Shown: positions 1 to 11,333 of the stretch, in pieces
How positions within the stretch are numbered: position 1 is the stretch's first letter
Layout of the letters: every line of letters begins with the position of its first letter
Source: Takakia lepidozioides
Taxonomy: Eukaryota; Plantae; Bryophyta
Assembly (NCBI GenBank): GCA_030704615.1
Contig: CM060733.1
Span: forward strand, 48,174,001 to 48,238,000
Reading direction: 5' to 3'
DNA: 64,000 nt
The notes under the pieces: generated by a model
What the model was told of the DNA's origin: nothing
Databases searched by the model: none
What the model saw: the letters and a program-made list of their open reading frames with translations, nothing else
Program-made: the position numbers and the translations under genes

Positions 1-1
1 G

Positions 2-2230
2 TTCAGGGTTGACTCAGGTGCGGTGTTTCATGGACAGAACAGGGGTAGCACCTCCACCATCACTACTGCTTTTGAAAGAAGACCAAGAGAGCTAGTCAAT
101 AGGAACCCTTCGAGCGCCTGTGAGGATGTGAGGGCACTGTGTAAGGAAGGACGACTGAAAAAGGCGCTGCAAATTTTGAACCAACGAGGCGATTGGGCAC
201 ACTCTAGTTATGGTTTTGTCTTGCAGGAGTGCATCAACAAGAGAGACCTAGCAGAGGGTAGACAGGTTCATGCCCAGATTATTCAAAGTGGATTTCAGCC
301 AAACATCTTTCTACTCAACAATCTTGTTACCATGTATGCCAAATGTGGGAGCTTGAAGGATGCACGTCAAGTGTTTGACAAAATGCCTGATCGCAATGTG
401 GTCTCATGGAGTGCAATGATCGCAGGATATGCAAAGTATGGCAGTCCTAGGGAGGCTTTTGGCCTCTATGAGCAAATGAAACACCAAGGGCTCACCCCAA
501 ACAAGGTGACATTCATCTGCGTTCTTGGGGCGTGTGGGAGCCTCCAAGCTCTTGAAAAGGGCACAGAGGTACATGCTGACATCATCAAAGCTGGAATTGG
601 GTCAGATACCATTCTGGAGACAGCCCTTGCTGTCATGTATGCTAAATGTAGAAGCGTTAAGGAAGCGCGCAAAGTGTTTGACAATATGACTCAACAAGAT
701 GTGGTCTCTTGGAACGCCATGATCACGGGATATGCTCAGCATGGGTATGGTAGGGAGGCTCTGGAGATCTATGAGCAAATGATAGTGGAAGAGGTGATAC
801 CCAACAAGGTCACATTCATCTGTGTCCTGAATGCTTGTGCCACCCTAGGAGCCGTGGACAAGGGCAAAGAGGTCCATGCCGACATTGAGAAAACTGGAAT
901 TGCACCAGGGATGAAGTTGGAAAATTCTCTTGTCGACATGTATGCCAAATGCGGGAGCATGGAGGATGCACGTCAAGTGTTTGACAATATGACTAAAAAA
1001 GATGTGGTGGCATGGAACACCATGATTGCAGGATATGCTCAGCATGGTTGTGGCAGGGAGGCTCTTCAGATCTATGAGCAAATGATGGGGGAAAGGGTGA
1101 TGCCAGACAATGTCACGTTCAATTGTGTTCTCAATGCCTGTGCAAGCCTGGGTGCCCTGGAAACAGGTAAAGAGCTCCATGCTGCCATCAGCGAAACTGG
1201 AGTTGCAACAGATATCATTCTGGAGACTGCCCTTATTGACATGTATGCCAAATGTGGGAGCATGAAGAATGCGTCTCAAGTGTTTTGTAATATGGCTGAA
1301 CGGGATGTGATCTCATGGAGTGCAATGATCGCAGGCTGTGCCCAGCATGGCTATGCTAGGGAGGCTGTGCGACTATTTGAGGAGATGCAACAGGAAGGCT
1401 TGAAGCCGAACAGTATCACCTTTGTATCTCTTCTGATAGCATGTAGCCATGGGGGCCTTGTGGATGAAGGCCATCACTACTTTGATTCCATGAGTGAAGC
1501 TCATGGCCTCACGCCTACAGTCGAGCATTTTGGCTGCATGGTAGACCTTTTTGGCCGTGCAGGGCAATTGGATGAGGCAGAGGACCTCATCACTAAAATG
1601 CCAATCCAACCAGATGTTGGGGTGTGGAGGGCCTTGCTTGGTGCCTGCAGAGTTCATGGCTATGTGGAGGTAGCAGAACGTGCAGCAAAAAGCATTCTCA
1701 AGATAGATCCACAAAACTCTGCAGCTTATGTGCTTCTATCGAACATCTATGCTGCGGCTGGCAGGTTGGATGATAAAGCAAATGTGAGGAGAATGATGGA
1801 GGAGAGAGGTGTAAGAAAAGAGCCAGGGCGCAGCTGGATTGAGGTCAACAACCAAGTGCATACATTTGTTGTAGAAGACCAAATGCATCCACAAATTGAG
1901 GAAATCTATGCCAAGCTGCAGAGATTGTCTGGGCAGATGAAGGCATTGGGGTATGTACCCGACACTCGCTTTGTATTGCATGATGTGGAGGAGGAGCAGA
2001 AAGAAACTTCTCTTGGCCACCACAGTGAGAAGCTGGCCATTGCTTTTGGGCTCATCAGCACATCCCCTGGGACGCCTATTCGCATCAACAAGAACCTTCG
2101 GGTGTGCGGTGACTGCCATACGGCTGCCAAGTTCATCTCAAAGATTGTTGAGCGAGAAGTTATTGTTCGGGATGCTTACCGCTTTCACCATTTCCAAAAT
2201 GGGGTCTGTTCTTGTGGGGATTACTGGTAA
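2..2230 (+). CDS. PLS-class PPR protein with E1/E2 and DYW deaminase domain (organellar C-to-U editing factor); 5' end lies outside the window
   Basis: Repeating P-L-S motifs (VVSWxAMIxGY / TFxxVLxAC / LVDMYAKCG), PG box KEPGRSWIEV, HSEKLA, CGDCH and terminal CSCGDYW*. The frame is open from position 2 (FRVDSGAV...), so GTG at 23 is not the true start. Confidence 0.95.
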   Translation, partial: FRVDSGAVFHGQNRGSTSTITTAFERRPRELVNRNPSSACEDVRALCKEGRLKKALQILNQRGDWAHSSYGFVLQECINKRDLAEGRQVHAQIIQSGFQPNIFLLNNLVTMYAKCGSLKDARQVFDKMPDRNVVSWSAMIAGYAKYGSPREAFGLYEQMKHQGLTPNKVTFICVLGACGSLQALEKGTEVHADIIKAGIGSDTILETALAVMYAKCRSVKEARKVFDNMTQQDVVSWNAMITGYAQHGYGREALEIYEQMIVEEVIPNKVTFICVLNACATLGAVDKGKEVHADIEKTGIAPGMKLENSLVDMYAKCGSMEDARQVFDNMTKKDVVAWNTMIAGYAQHGCGREALQIYEQMMGERVMPDNVTFNCVLNACASLGALETGKELHAAISETGVATDIILETALIDMYAKCGSMKNASQVFCNMAERDVISWSAMIAGCAQHGYAREAVRLFEEMQQEGLKPNSITFVSLLIACSHGGLVDEGHHYFDSMSEAHGLTPTVEHFGCMVDLFGRAGQLDEAEDLITKMPIQPDVGVWRALLGACRVHGYVEVAERAAKSILKIDPQNSAAYVLLSNIYAAAGRLDDKANVRRMMEERGVRKEPGRSWIEVNNQVHTFVVEDQMHPQIEEIYAKLQRLSGQMKALGYVPDTRFVLHDVEEEQKETSLGHHSEKLAIAFGLISTSPGTPIRINKNLRVCGDCHTAAKFISKIVEREVIVRDAYRFHHFQNGVCSCGDYW

Positions 2231-4279
2231 AACCAGCAACATTAAGTGCAGTGTGGGCTGCTAATGTTGACAATTGCACTTCACAATTGAAGCAGTCATC
2301 AAACATCGGCAGTGAAGTTATGGAAAATGTTGTCGCAGATTTGTGAACAGGCTGCAAAGAACATCAGGCATAGTGTGGAGGTCTTGAAGTTCTGGGGGGC
2401 AACAGTTCTGCTCCAAAAAAAATGCTGGACAAAGTGATTCCTAAATGAGTGACAGGGAAAGGGACAGGACGGGATTTGCCGGAAGGTGGATGTATATTCC
2501 CTTCCTAATTTCCACAACTGGAACTGGAGAGGCTTTCAACCTGACCGGGTTTGATCTGAATCCACCGGAATTGTGAACATGAGAGTTCAGCTCACAGTTT
2601 TGTAGTCACTATTTAACTACAAGATTGTTCAACATGGCAAACAGATGAAACCATAAAAGAATGTTCCGGTTAGGATCTGCTGTAATCATGATATGGGTTC
2701 TGCTGAGCTCTTTCCCATGACAACAATTTGTAAAAAAGATGGTGAGACCGGGTGTTAAGGGAATGGGAACTTTATTAGACTAGCGACTGGACAAAACGCC
2801 TTGAAAAAGTGTTTGTCCACCACTTGGTCCCTTTCATGTCATCACTAGTCACCAGACAAAGTAACCAACGATTTCAGACTATGTAGCGGACAAGATGACA
2901 AAGAGTGGACAAAAACAGCCCCCATTGCCACTGCACTTGGAAGTTTCAAAATTCCCTCCCTGGTGCTCTCACCAGTTTGAGAGATTTAGAGATAACACCT
3001 TACATGTGTTTTTGAAAGAGGCTCTTCTTGCAACATTGGCCTCTTCAGATTTCTCTCATGTTTGTGTTGGAGTGAAGCTACTGGAACCTGCTGTCCCTCA
3101 CCATAATATGGTTGAGAGAGGCCTAAAAATTGACTGTTGTTAGAGAAAGTGCCTTGAGAAGATAGAGAAAGAAGCTCATCGTTTTGTGGTTCCTTCCCAA
3201 TTTGGTCTTCGGATTCCATAGTTGCACACAGTGAAGCAAAAGCTCTCCCGCCTTGTCTCGTAGGAAGAAAGAACATAGGGCCCCGCCAGTTCCAACAGTT
3301 TCATTCACAATATAGGTTTCGGCCGCTGGATCAAATTGGGGACCAGCCGGGCCCAAATCTTGCTTGCCTTGTCCGCTGAGTTGGAAGGTGTTGGCGATGA
3401 CTGGGAATTCTTGTCGAGTGGACAAAGCTGTGTGAAAACGTGTAGCAGCCAAGCTCTGGCTTTTGTCTCTGACTCTCTCGCTGGTCTGAAACTGGCCTTA
3501 AGTAGATTATTGCAAATGTCGATAACTATAAACTTTGAATCACTGAATGCTTTGCAGACGTGTGTACATCTCGAAAGATAAGGAGAAGGCTGGCACGTGG
3601 AACTTCGTAATCCAATCCTGTGCAGCACAGCAGGAATCTGTGGGCTGCAGATCCCTAGGATTATACTGGGGATCAACAATCTCGGAGATTGTTGAAGCCG
3701 TTCGTTTCGTCTCGTGATTCGGCGCTGGCAAAAGCCAAGAACTATAATCCGTCGCCCATGAACATCAATCAGACACAAAAAAAGAAGTTTTGGTGGGGTA
3801 CCCAGCTTTTTTAGCCGGAGCTCCAGTTTGTGTCTCAATCTCAGAGGCTCTGGTTGCTATTCTGAATACTCCGTAGACAAGAAAGTGACAATGCGTTGAC
3901 TGGAAAGAATTGTGCAGGCTGGTCACTGCATGGGCGGTGGGTGTTGGCGAATGGCGATGCTGTGGCAGACTGCTTAAAATAGGCGGAGACTCGAGGAGGA
4001 GGAGGAGATGTGGGGGCGTTGGGGGCGGGGATGGCAAAGAGATTGTGTTTGTTTTAAGTTTGGGATGGTGCTGGTGAGGGAGAAACGAAGTGTGTGAAGA
4101 TCGATTAGTTGTACGCAGAATTCTAGATATATACATGGAAGGTTTTGAACTTGGATGTTGTTGCTCCCGTGAGATCAGAGGGAGATGACATCCTAGTTTT
4201 GAAAGAGGAAATTGGCCAAGTTTAGGTGCTGGGTCACAGGGCGTGGAGATCGGGAGGAAGTCGGTTACAGAGGGCGACA

Positions 4280-7200
4280 ATGTTGGAGACGAAGCTAAGT
4301 TCTAGGACTGGTGTGAGTGATGGCAACGAAACCGAACAAGGTGCCGACAATAGGAAGTTCGCCATTGTGACGGAGAAGCTTTCAGTTGATGACATGCTGC
4401 AGAGATGGGTAGGCGAGTTCGGATGGGCTCAGTTGTGGCACTTTGTGCTCGTGAGTTTGGCATGGACAGTAGAGGCGCTGCACACTCTTGTTATGATTTT
4501 TGCCGATCGGGAGCCTTCCTGGCGGTGCCGGACTCCATCGTCCGTATCTTTATCTACTACCAGCCCAGGTAGATTCCCTCTCATTGCGCCAATTCAGCAG
4601 CTGGATCAGGTTGCAGCTGGGCTAGTTTTGTTTGTGCTTGAACTTGTGCAGTCTGCGACGCTTGTATGCAGATGTTCGAGCTAGTGAACTGCTTAAGAAA
4701 ATGATATCTAATCTAATAGTAAGCCAGAACTGATCGTGATCTTCGCAATGCACAACGAGATGGCCAACAAAATTCCGAGCTCTCGCGATTGATTACTCAA
4801 CGTCAGACCTACTGGCTTCCATGGGGTTTGCGAGTCTCCTATTGAAACAACCATGCAAAGAGTTCTCTCTTTCTTTGTAGGTGAAGGACCTCTGATCAAA
4901 ACGTGCATCAGTTCAAGTACTTAGAGGCAGGGCGTTCAAGTACTTAGGGAATTACAAGCAATGTTCAAAGATTGCTAGGTAAGTATATCCTCACAATTGT
5001 GCTGCACGTATTTGTACTCAAAACAACCTACCGCATCCCAAGGACGTCTGCACAGACAGTGTGGCGGGGTTGAGAGTGTGAGTTTCCAGTAATATCCAAC
5101 GTATTAGTGCCGAGTAGATTAGGTACTTCAAAACTACGTAGATCTCCTCAACATCGATCAAAGGCCCCTCAAAATTTGCTCGTGTCAGATGCACCGCCCG
5201 GCCTACTCCTGTCATGATTTTCAGGTCTAGTTGGCCAGCAGATTTTGCAGGCTTTCTGCAAATTTGGCCGTTTGAGATTGCTGTAATCTTCTCAGAAAGG
5301 TGACTAGCTTTAATCACTGCAATGACAGTGGGTTTTGGTGACTTGAACTAGGTGGCATGGGCCTCTCGTTGCATGAAGAATCTTTACAGTGTACACCAGC
5401 TTCCTCTCTCTGTGAAATGGATCCCAGCCTGTGGGAGTGGGTGGAAGGCGTGGGAGCATCGACTATATCGGAATGGGGCCTTATATGCGGAGATGAGTAC
5501 AAAGTTGGTCTAGCTCAAGCTATATTCTTTATTGGGGGACTTTGCGGTATTTCTTGCTCCATCTCTGTCCCCTCTCTGTGTGTCTCTCATATATATCAAG
5601 TGCTAGAGCTTCACTTTTTTGAACCTGCATGATACAAGCAGTTTTAGAGCAGTGTAGCTCTCTCTCCCTCTCACCCTCTGAGGTGCACGGTGGTTACTTA
5701 CTTCAAATTTATTTAATGCATCACAACCTTGGTCATCAGCTTACTCACCCCCATCGGCGATCCCTGCCTCTTCATGCGATATATCTGCCATGGTTGAGAT
5801 TTTAAGTGAGGATCATGACTGTGGTTCTCTTTCTGTCACTTTCGGTCAACTGCATTGCATCCATGCCCCAAATTTTCTTAGACTGGAGCATCATGGTTCA
5901 TATTTTCAATCTGTTCTTTAAGCTGTTTTCTTGTGACTCGTTGAGATTGGTTAAATTGCAGGGGCAGGTGTCTTTGGAAATCTTTCGGACTCTATCCTTG
6001 GAAGAAAGGGTGTTTTGCTTTTGGCTTGCACAATGACTGCGGTTGCTGGTTTATTGACATCACTTGCTCCAAACTACTGGATCTATGTGTTCATGCGGGG
6101 CCTCACCGGAGTAAGCTGTGGCGGGGTGGGTCTCTCATGTTTTGTATTAGCCACAGAGCCTGTTGGGCCTTCAAAGAGAGGCCAGGTGGGCATGTCAGCT
6201 TTCTACTTCTTCTCTTTCGGCATAATGACACTCCCAGCATTCGCATATTTCACCCCGTCTTGGAGAATCCTTTATGCAACAACGGCAATCCCTGCGATTT
6301 TGTACTGCCTTTTGGTATTACCGTTTGTTTGGGAATCGCCTCGCTGGTATCTGGTACAGGGGCGGCTCCAGGAAGCTATGGTTATTCTTCGAGCTTTTGC
6401 AAGAGGGAACGACAAATTTATACCTGAGAGTGTGTGGTTGGCTACTGAGGATGAAGAAGCTGAAGAGGCTGTAACAGGGTACTTATCTTCCTCATTAGAG
6501 AATCCCGAGCACCTAGAAAGGAATACAAATCCTGAATTTGGTGACATCAAGGAGGAAAAGGTTATGGACCTGGTACCTCCACATCCATCAGCAATGGCAG
6601 GTCAAAAGGCACCTGGTAACCTCTTTGATGTGTTTCGTTTCCCAGCGACGCGGTCGAGAATGCTTATCATGATTGTAGTGTGGTTCAATTGTGCTATAGT
6701 GTACTATGGAATCAACCTGAATGTGGTCAACCTGGGATTCAACCTCTATTTAAGTGTATTCTTCAACGGGTTGGTGGAGATGCCAGCATTTGCCATCACC
6801 GCACTGTTGCTGGGGAGATTGGGGAGGCGCTTCATGCTTGTCTCCGCCATGTTGCTTAGCGGGATAGCCTGCTTAATTGGAAGCTTCCTCTCTCTCACTC
6901 CATCTGAAAGCACTCCAGGCCTTTTGAATCTTTCCTCCCAGCAATATGGGTCTCTATCAGGCCTCTTGGATCTAAAATGGGGCAATGCATCTCAGACAGT
7001 ACCTGGTTTTCAGTCACTCCGATCATCGTTTTCTCTGCCTGGGATCCTCCCTCCACATACTGCATCTGCTGTTGGCATGGTTGGAACAAGTGCTGGACTA
7101 GTGAATGTGGTGGCTGCTCTCCGGGCCCTGTGCAGTGTGGTTGCAATCTTCGGGATGGCTGGAACATACAATCTCACTTACATCTACACATCGGAGCTCT

Positions 7201-7505
7201 TCCCAACTGTGGTGCGCAATGCAGCGCTGGGGCTTACCACTCAGAGTGCAGGAATCGGGTCCATCATCGCACCAGTGATTGTAGTACTGGGTCATCTCCA
7301 CCCTTCTCTCCCCTTTGCCGTCTTCGGGGTTGCTGCAGTGCTGGGGGGCCTCTTAGCAATCAAGCTGCCGGAAACCTTGAACCAACCTCTGTGGGAGACA
7401 CTGGAGGGCTTGGAAAGGGGTGAGAAGGCCCGAGAAGCTTCTCAGACAAATGCAAATGCTCTTTCAGATGTAGAATCCCAATCAACACAGGCAGAGGAAC
7501 CCTAA
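4280..7505 (+). CDS. Organic cation/carnitine transporter (MFS, plant OCT family); exons 4280-4568, 5352-5546, 5962-7505
   Basis: Motifs VDDMLQRWVGEFGWAQLWHF, STISEWGLICG, GNLSDSILGRK, ESPRWYL, ELFPTVVRNAALG, LPET. GT-AG introns join in frame (both phase 1). Confidence 0.92.
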
Positions 7506-7964
7506 TCCCAGTTAACATTTTTGGAATGGTATCATTCATTGTTGTCTAACAAGAGATTGGCATTTCCATGTGTCAAGGTATGTCTGTGGGTGTTTGACCC
7601 TACTGTACTTTAGGGCGAAGCCGCAGATTCTTTTGGCCATATCTTTTGTCAATTCTGCAGTCTGTAGAATTGAACCGTTGTGTTGTGTTGTGTTGTGTTT
7701 CGTACTGCATCTTACTACATCGTCTATCTGTACAAAAATTTCGGAGATTCGCCATGTTTCCAATTCTTGAATTGAGAACTCGATTCCTGGTCTTGACTCC
7801 AATTTGCTTGTCAGATCTCCATCGAGCAACATACGAAACAGAACAAGTAGTACTTGGCTACTAGCATTGCTTGATGTAAGAAAACAGTGACCTAGGAGAG
7901 AGTTCCAAATTCTAAGAAATTCAGTGGTCCAGTCTGCTAGCTGTGGAAACTTACACATGCCCAC

Positions 7965-8183
7965 TTGCAGCTGTAAGAAGGATGCCATGCAATCACCAAC
8001 AAAGGTCACCTTTCCTGGGTGCTTGCACCTGCTGTAAAATTCCCTTAATGTCCCCTGCAGCATCTGGAAGGTTTGCAGCTGCAAGAAGGATGCCATGCAA
8101 ATCACCAACAAAGGTCACCTTTCCTGGGTGCTTGCACCTGCAGTAAAAATCCCTTAATGTCCCCTGCAGCATCTGGAAGGTTT
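7965..8183. repeat. Direct tandem duplication, 2 copies of ~108 bp
   Basis: TTGCAGCTG(T/C)AAGAAGGATGCCATGCAA...CATCTGGAAGGT starts at both 7965 and 8073. Confidence 0.9.
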
Positions 8184-8492
8184 GGATCCCTGATCCCAGT
8201 AAACTCAGATGCCGATACATATATATGGCTTTACCAGTTGCACTAACTCCAACATTCAGACCAATAACAAACCAAAGTCTAGAAATAAGCTAAAGGTTTA
8301 GGCTTATCTGGGTACAGATACCAAAAGCACATGAAACCATTCAGTCCACAAATGGATCAACAGATTACTTTTCACAGCTACAAATTATTCGCACCACCAA
8401 GCATAAACCAGCCTACAAGCAATGTATGGAAGTCAGAAACCAGTGGTGTCTGAACAAGCTAATTGATTTCTAAATTACTCAAGGAGGCAGTT

Positions 8493-10808
8493 CTAAGGTC
8501 TATCGCTCCTTGGGGTTGCCCATTCCACACGGAGAATCAGATTGTCATAACCATATCCGTCCAGCTTATTGATAGCTCGAATTGCATCATCCCTGCGCGG
8601 CGATTCCACCACAAACCAAACAATTATGTCAGCAATGGGAGGTGGCCACAGGCCCACACAACCATAATAATAGGTCCTGACACTCACATTCCACCACCAC
8701 CACCAAAGCCCAAAGTTGTCTATGAGAGCCAGCTTCAAGAATTAAAGAACCTCACAACAACAATGTTTTCTATGAATTTGCAATCAGTCAATGTGTTCAA
8801 ATATGAGCGCTGTTCTAGGAGTCCTAGGAAGTTGGTGGCGGGACACCTGCTTTATAAAAGATACTTGCTAACTAAAGTCGTTGAAGTTACAGGAAATGTC
8901 CAACAAAACAGAAACAAAACAGTAACAAAATGACAAAGGGAAGTTGGAACACACCGGTTGACAAAATTTATGAAGGCAAAACCACGACTGAGTCCTGTCT
9001 CACGATCAAATGCAACATAGATGCGAGAAATGGAACCGAAAGGGCGGAACAGCTCTTGAAGATCCTGTTCACGGGTATCCTCAGACAGATTTGTGACCCG
9101 GATGGAGTTGTCATCCCTACCCCTCCTCATACTCTCACCCTCATTTCCTTTAGCCCCTAGTCGCATACTGGGTGGCACATAAGATCCCTTTCCACCCGCA
9201 CCTCCGGCAGCACCACCTGGACCTCCCAGGTCATCATCACTTGGGGGCTTTTCGCCGCCAACTGCAAAACCCCTGTTAGCAGCCAGCTCCTTGAAGGGAC
9301 ACTTAGATGTCCAGTGATCTCCCTTCTTCCCACATGTTCTGCAGACAATGAGTGATGCATTGCCAAGGCTTGCAAGGTCAGCGCCCTTCTCGGGCTCTTG
9401 CTTGGCACCAGCTGGTCTCGTCCTCTCCAGAAAGATCTCCTCCGTAGAAACCACTGTGAGGTTTTCAGATGCATTCTGGCCAAGTGCATCACCAAACTTC
9501 TTGAGCTGACATCTGCGAATTGCTGCAGGGTTTAGTTTCTTTACCTGCAAATGAAAAATGAAGGGGATTAATGACAAATTGCAGTAGATTATTGGGCCTT
9601 TAGGTTGAAAGTGTCCATCTCAGGTTCACCTGTTTCATTCCAGCATTGGATGCATTTATCCAGGAATTCAGATAATAAATCCATAAGCCCTGTAGATGCA
9701 TTTAGCAACATTTTGAGATTTTGGTATTTATTATAAGATTGGTGGAAGATTTTGGAATGGATTTCTTTATGTTCAAAGGGAACAGCACATCTCTTGAGTG
9801 TATCAGACTAATCTCATCAATCCAAATCTCTCAATCATTATCAACAGTATACCCTCCTGTGGCAGAAAGCTGCCAGATCTGCTTATGTTAACATAACATA
9901 AGCTTGACCACTGTGCATGGGAATTGCGGTCACTTTTTAAGTTGCTTGAAACTGGTCATGTTCAACCTGTGATATTCACCATACTCCCAACGGCTTAGTG
10001 TGGAGTACTCACAGGGTCTCTGGCATGGCCATGATATGGCTGTGGCCCCATATAGGAAACCCATTTTAACGCACATATATGCCTCTCTCTCTGACACGAT
10101 CTATGCTTGTGCATACACTAAGATTGCTGCAGGCTCCTGAATTGCTGTGGAGGTATACATATCCTCTCAAATAGTGCCTGTGGTCCTGCTTGTCATACCT
10201 CGGAAAATAATATGAAGCTACACACCTAGAAACAACTTTGAACTACTTCGCCAAGTCAGAGCACCTCAGGAGCACTTCTAGACACCTTTCAACACTGACA
10301 ACCCCGATATCCAAAGAAAGTAATTAAGGCCGTCGTTCAGAAACATCCGGATAGGTGTAGTCGACTACCTCTAGTGACTCACTCATCACCTCACCGAGTG
10401 ATCTCTTTCCTGATTCCAACAATACCATATCTTCCGAAAATATCCCCTTATGTTCACAAAGCTTAAGGTCCAGTAATGCCAGTTAAAACTTGCGGTCTCA
10501 AGGACGAGCTCGTTCAAACATGCGAGGATACCAGTAAGTTGGCGTTGACAGGAGAGGATTGTATACAAAAACTGCACAAAAGAGAGTAAGAACGAGAAGC
10601 TATGATGCACATTACCACCCACCTGCTTCTTGATCCTCACAGTCTTGGTAACCTTAATTCGCACACCGTCGTCATTCTTTCTCCATTCGATAATGATCTT
10701 CACCCCCTTTTCATCAGGCCCGATCACCTGCATAGGCGGCAAGACGCCCTCGATCCCTTCGTCCTCCTCTGCAGCATCTCCCCACCTAAACTCCCTCCTG
10801 CCTCCCAT
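8493..10808 (-). CDS. eIF3g: Eukaryotic translation initiation factor 3 subunit G; exons 10808-10623, 9544-8955, 8592-8493
   Basis: N-terminal RWGD...LPP..IGPDEKGVK, zinc knuckle CRTCGKKGDHWTSKCP, YVPPSMR, RRM (IRVTNLSEDTRE...SRGFAFINF), C-terminal GYGYDNLILRVEWA. Splice sites are canonical. Confidence 0.95.
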
Positions 10809-11058
10809 GTCGAGAACTACAAGCAAGTGCCCACAGGCCAGGAACTAAAACCCCAAACACACAACCACCACTATCAAAGAAAAGAGTGGGAACAAAACGA
10901 AGAGAGGAGACAACAGCACGAAGGAAGATCGTGGATGAGCTGAGCAACAGCAACGGCAGCAAGCAACCCTAAAAAGCCAAAGGAAGCTGCGGCTGTGCCG
11001 AATACGAATAACTTAACGGAACTGGATGGCAGGTCACCCGCTTTTTCTTGAGTGTTCA

Positions 11059-11073
11059 AAACCCTAAACCCTA
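11059..11073 (+). promoter_or_regulatory. Tandem telo-box (AAACCCTA x2) in the bidirectional eIF3g/IMP4 promoter
   Basis: AAACCCTAAACCCTA lies between two divergent start codons 350 bp apart. Telo-boxes are typical of plant translation and ribosome-biogenesis gene promoters. Confidence 0.65.
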
Positions 11074-11158
11074 TAGAAGGCTTTGGTCGCTTGACGAGAT
11101 CATCGAGTGTGTTTATGTTTGAAGGGAGAGATTCAGGTGAAGGAGCACAGTTGTCGAG

Positions 11159-11277
11159 ATGTTAAGGAGAAATACTCGGTTGAGGCGTGAGTATTTGTAT
11201 CGGAAGAGCCTCGAAGGCAAGGAGCGTGTTTTGTATGAGAAAAAACGGAAGATCAGGCAGGCTCTTGCAGGTATTCC

Positions 11278-11333
<56 letters not shown>

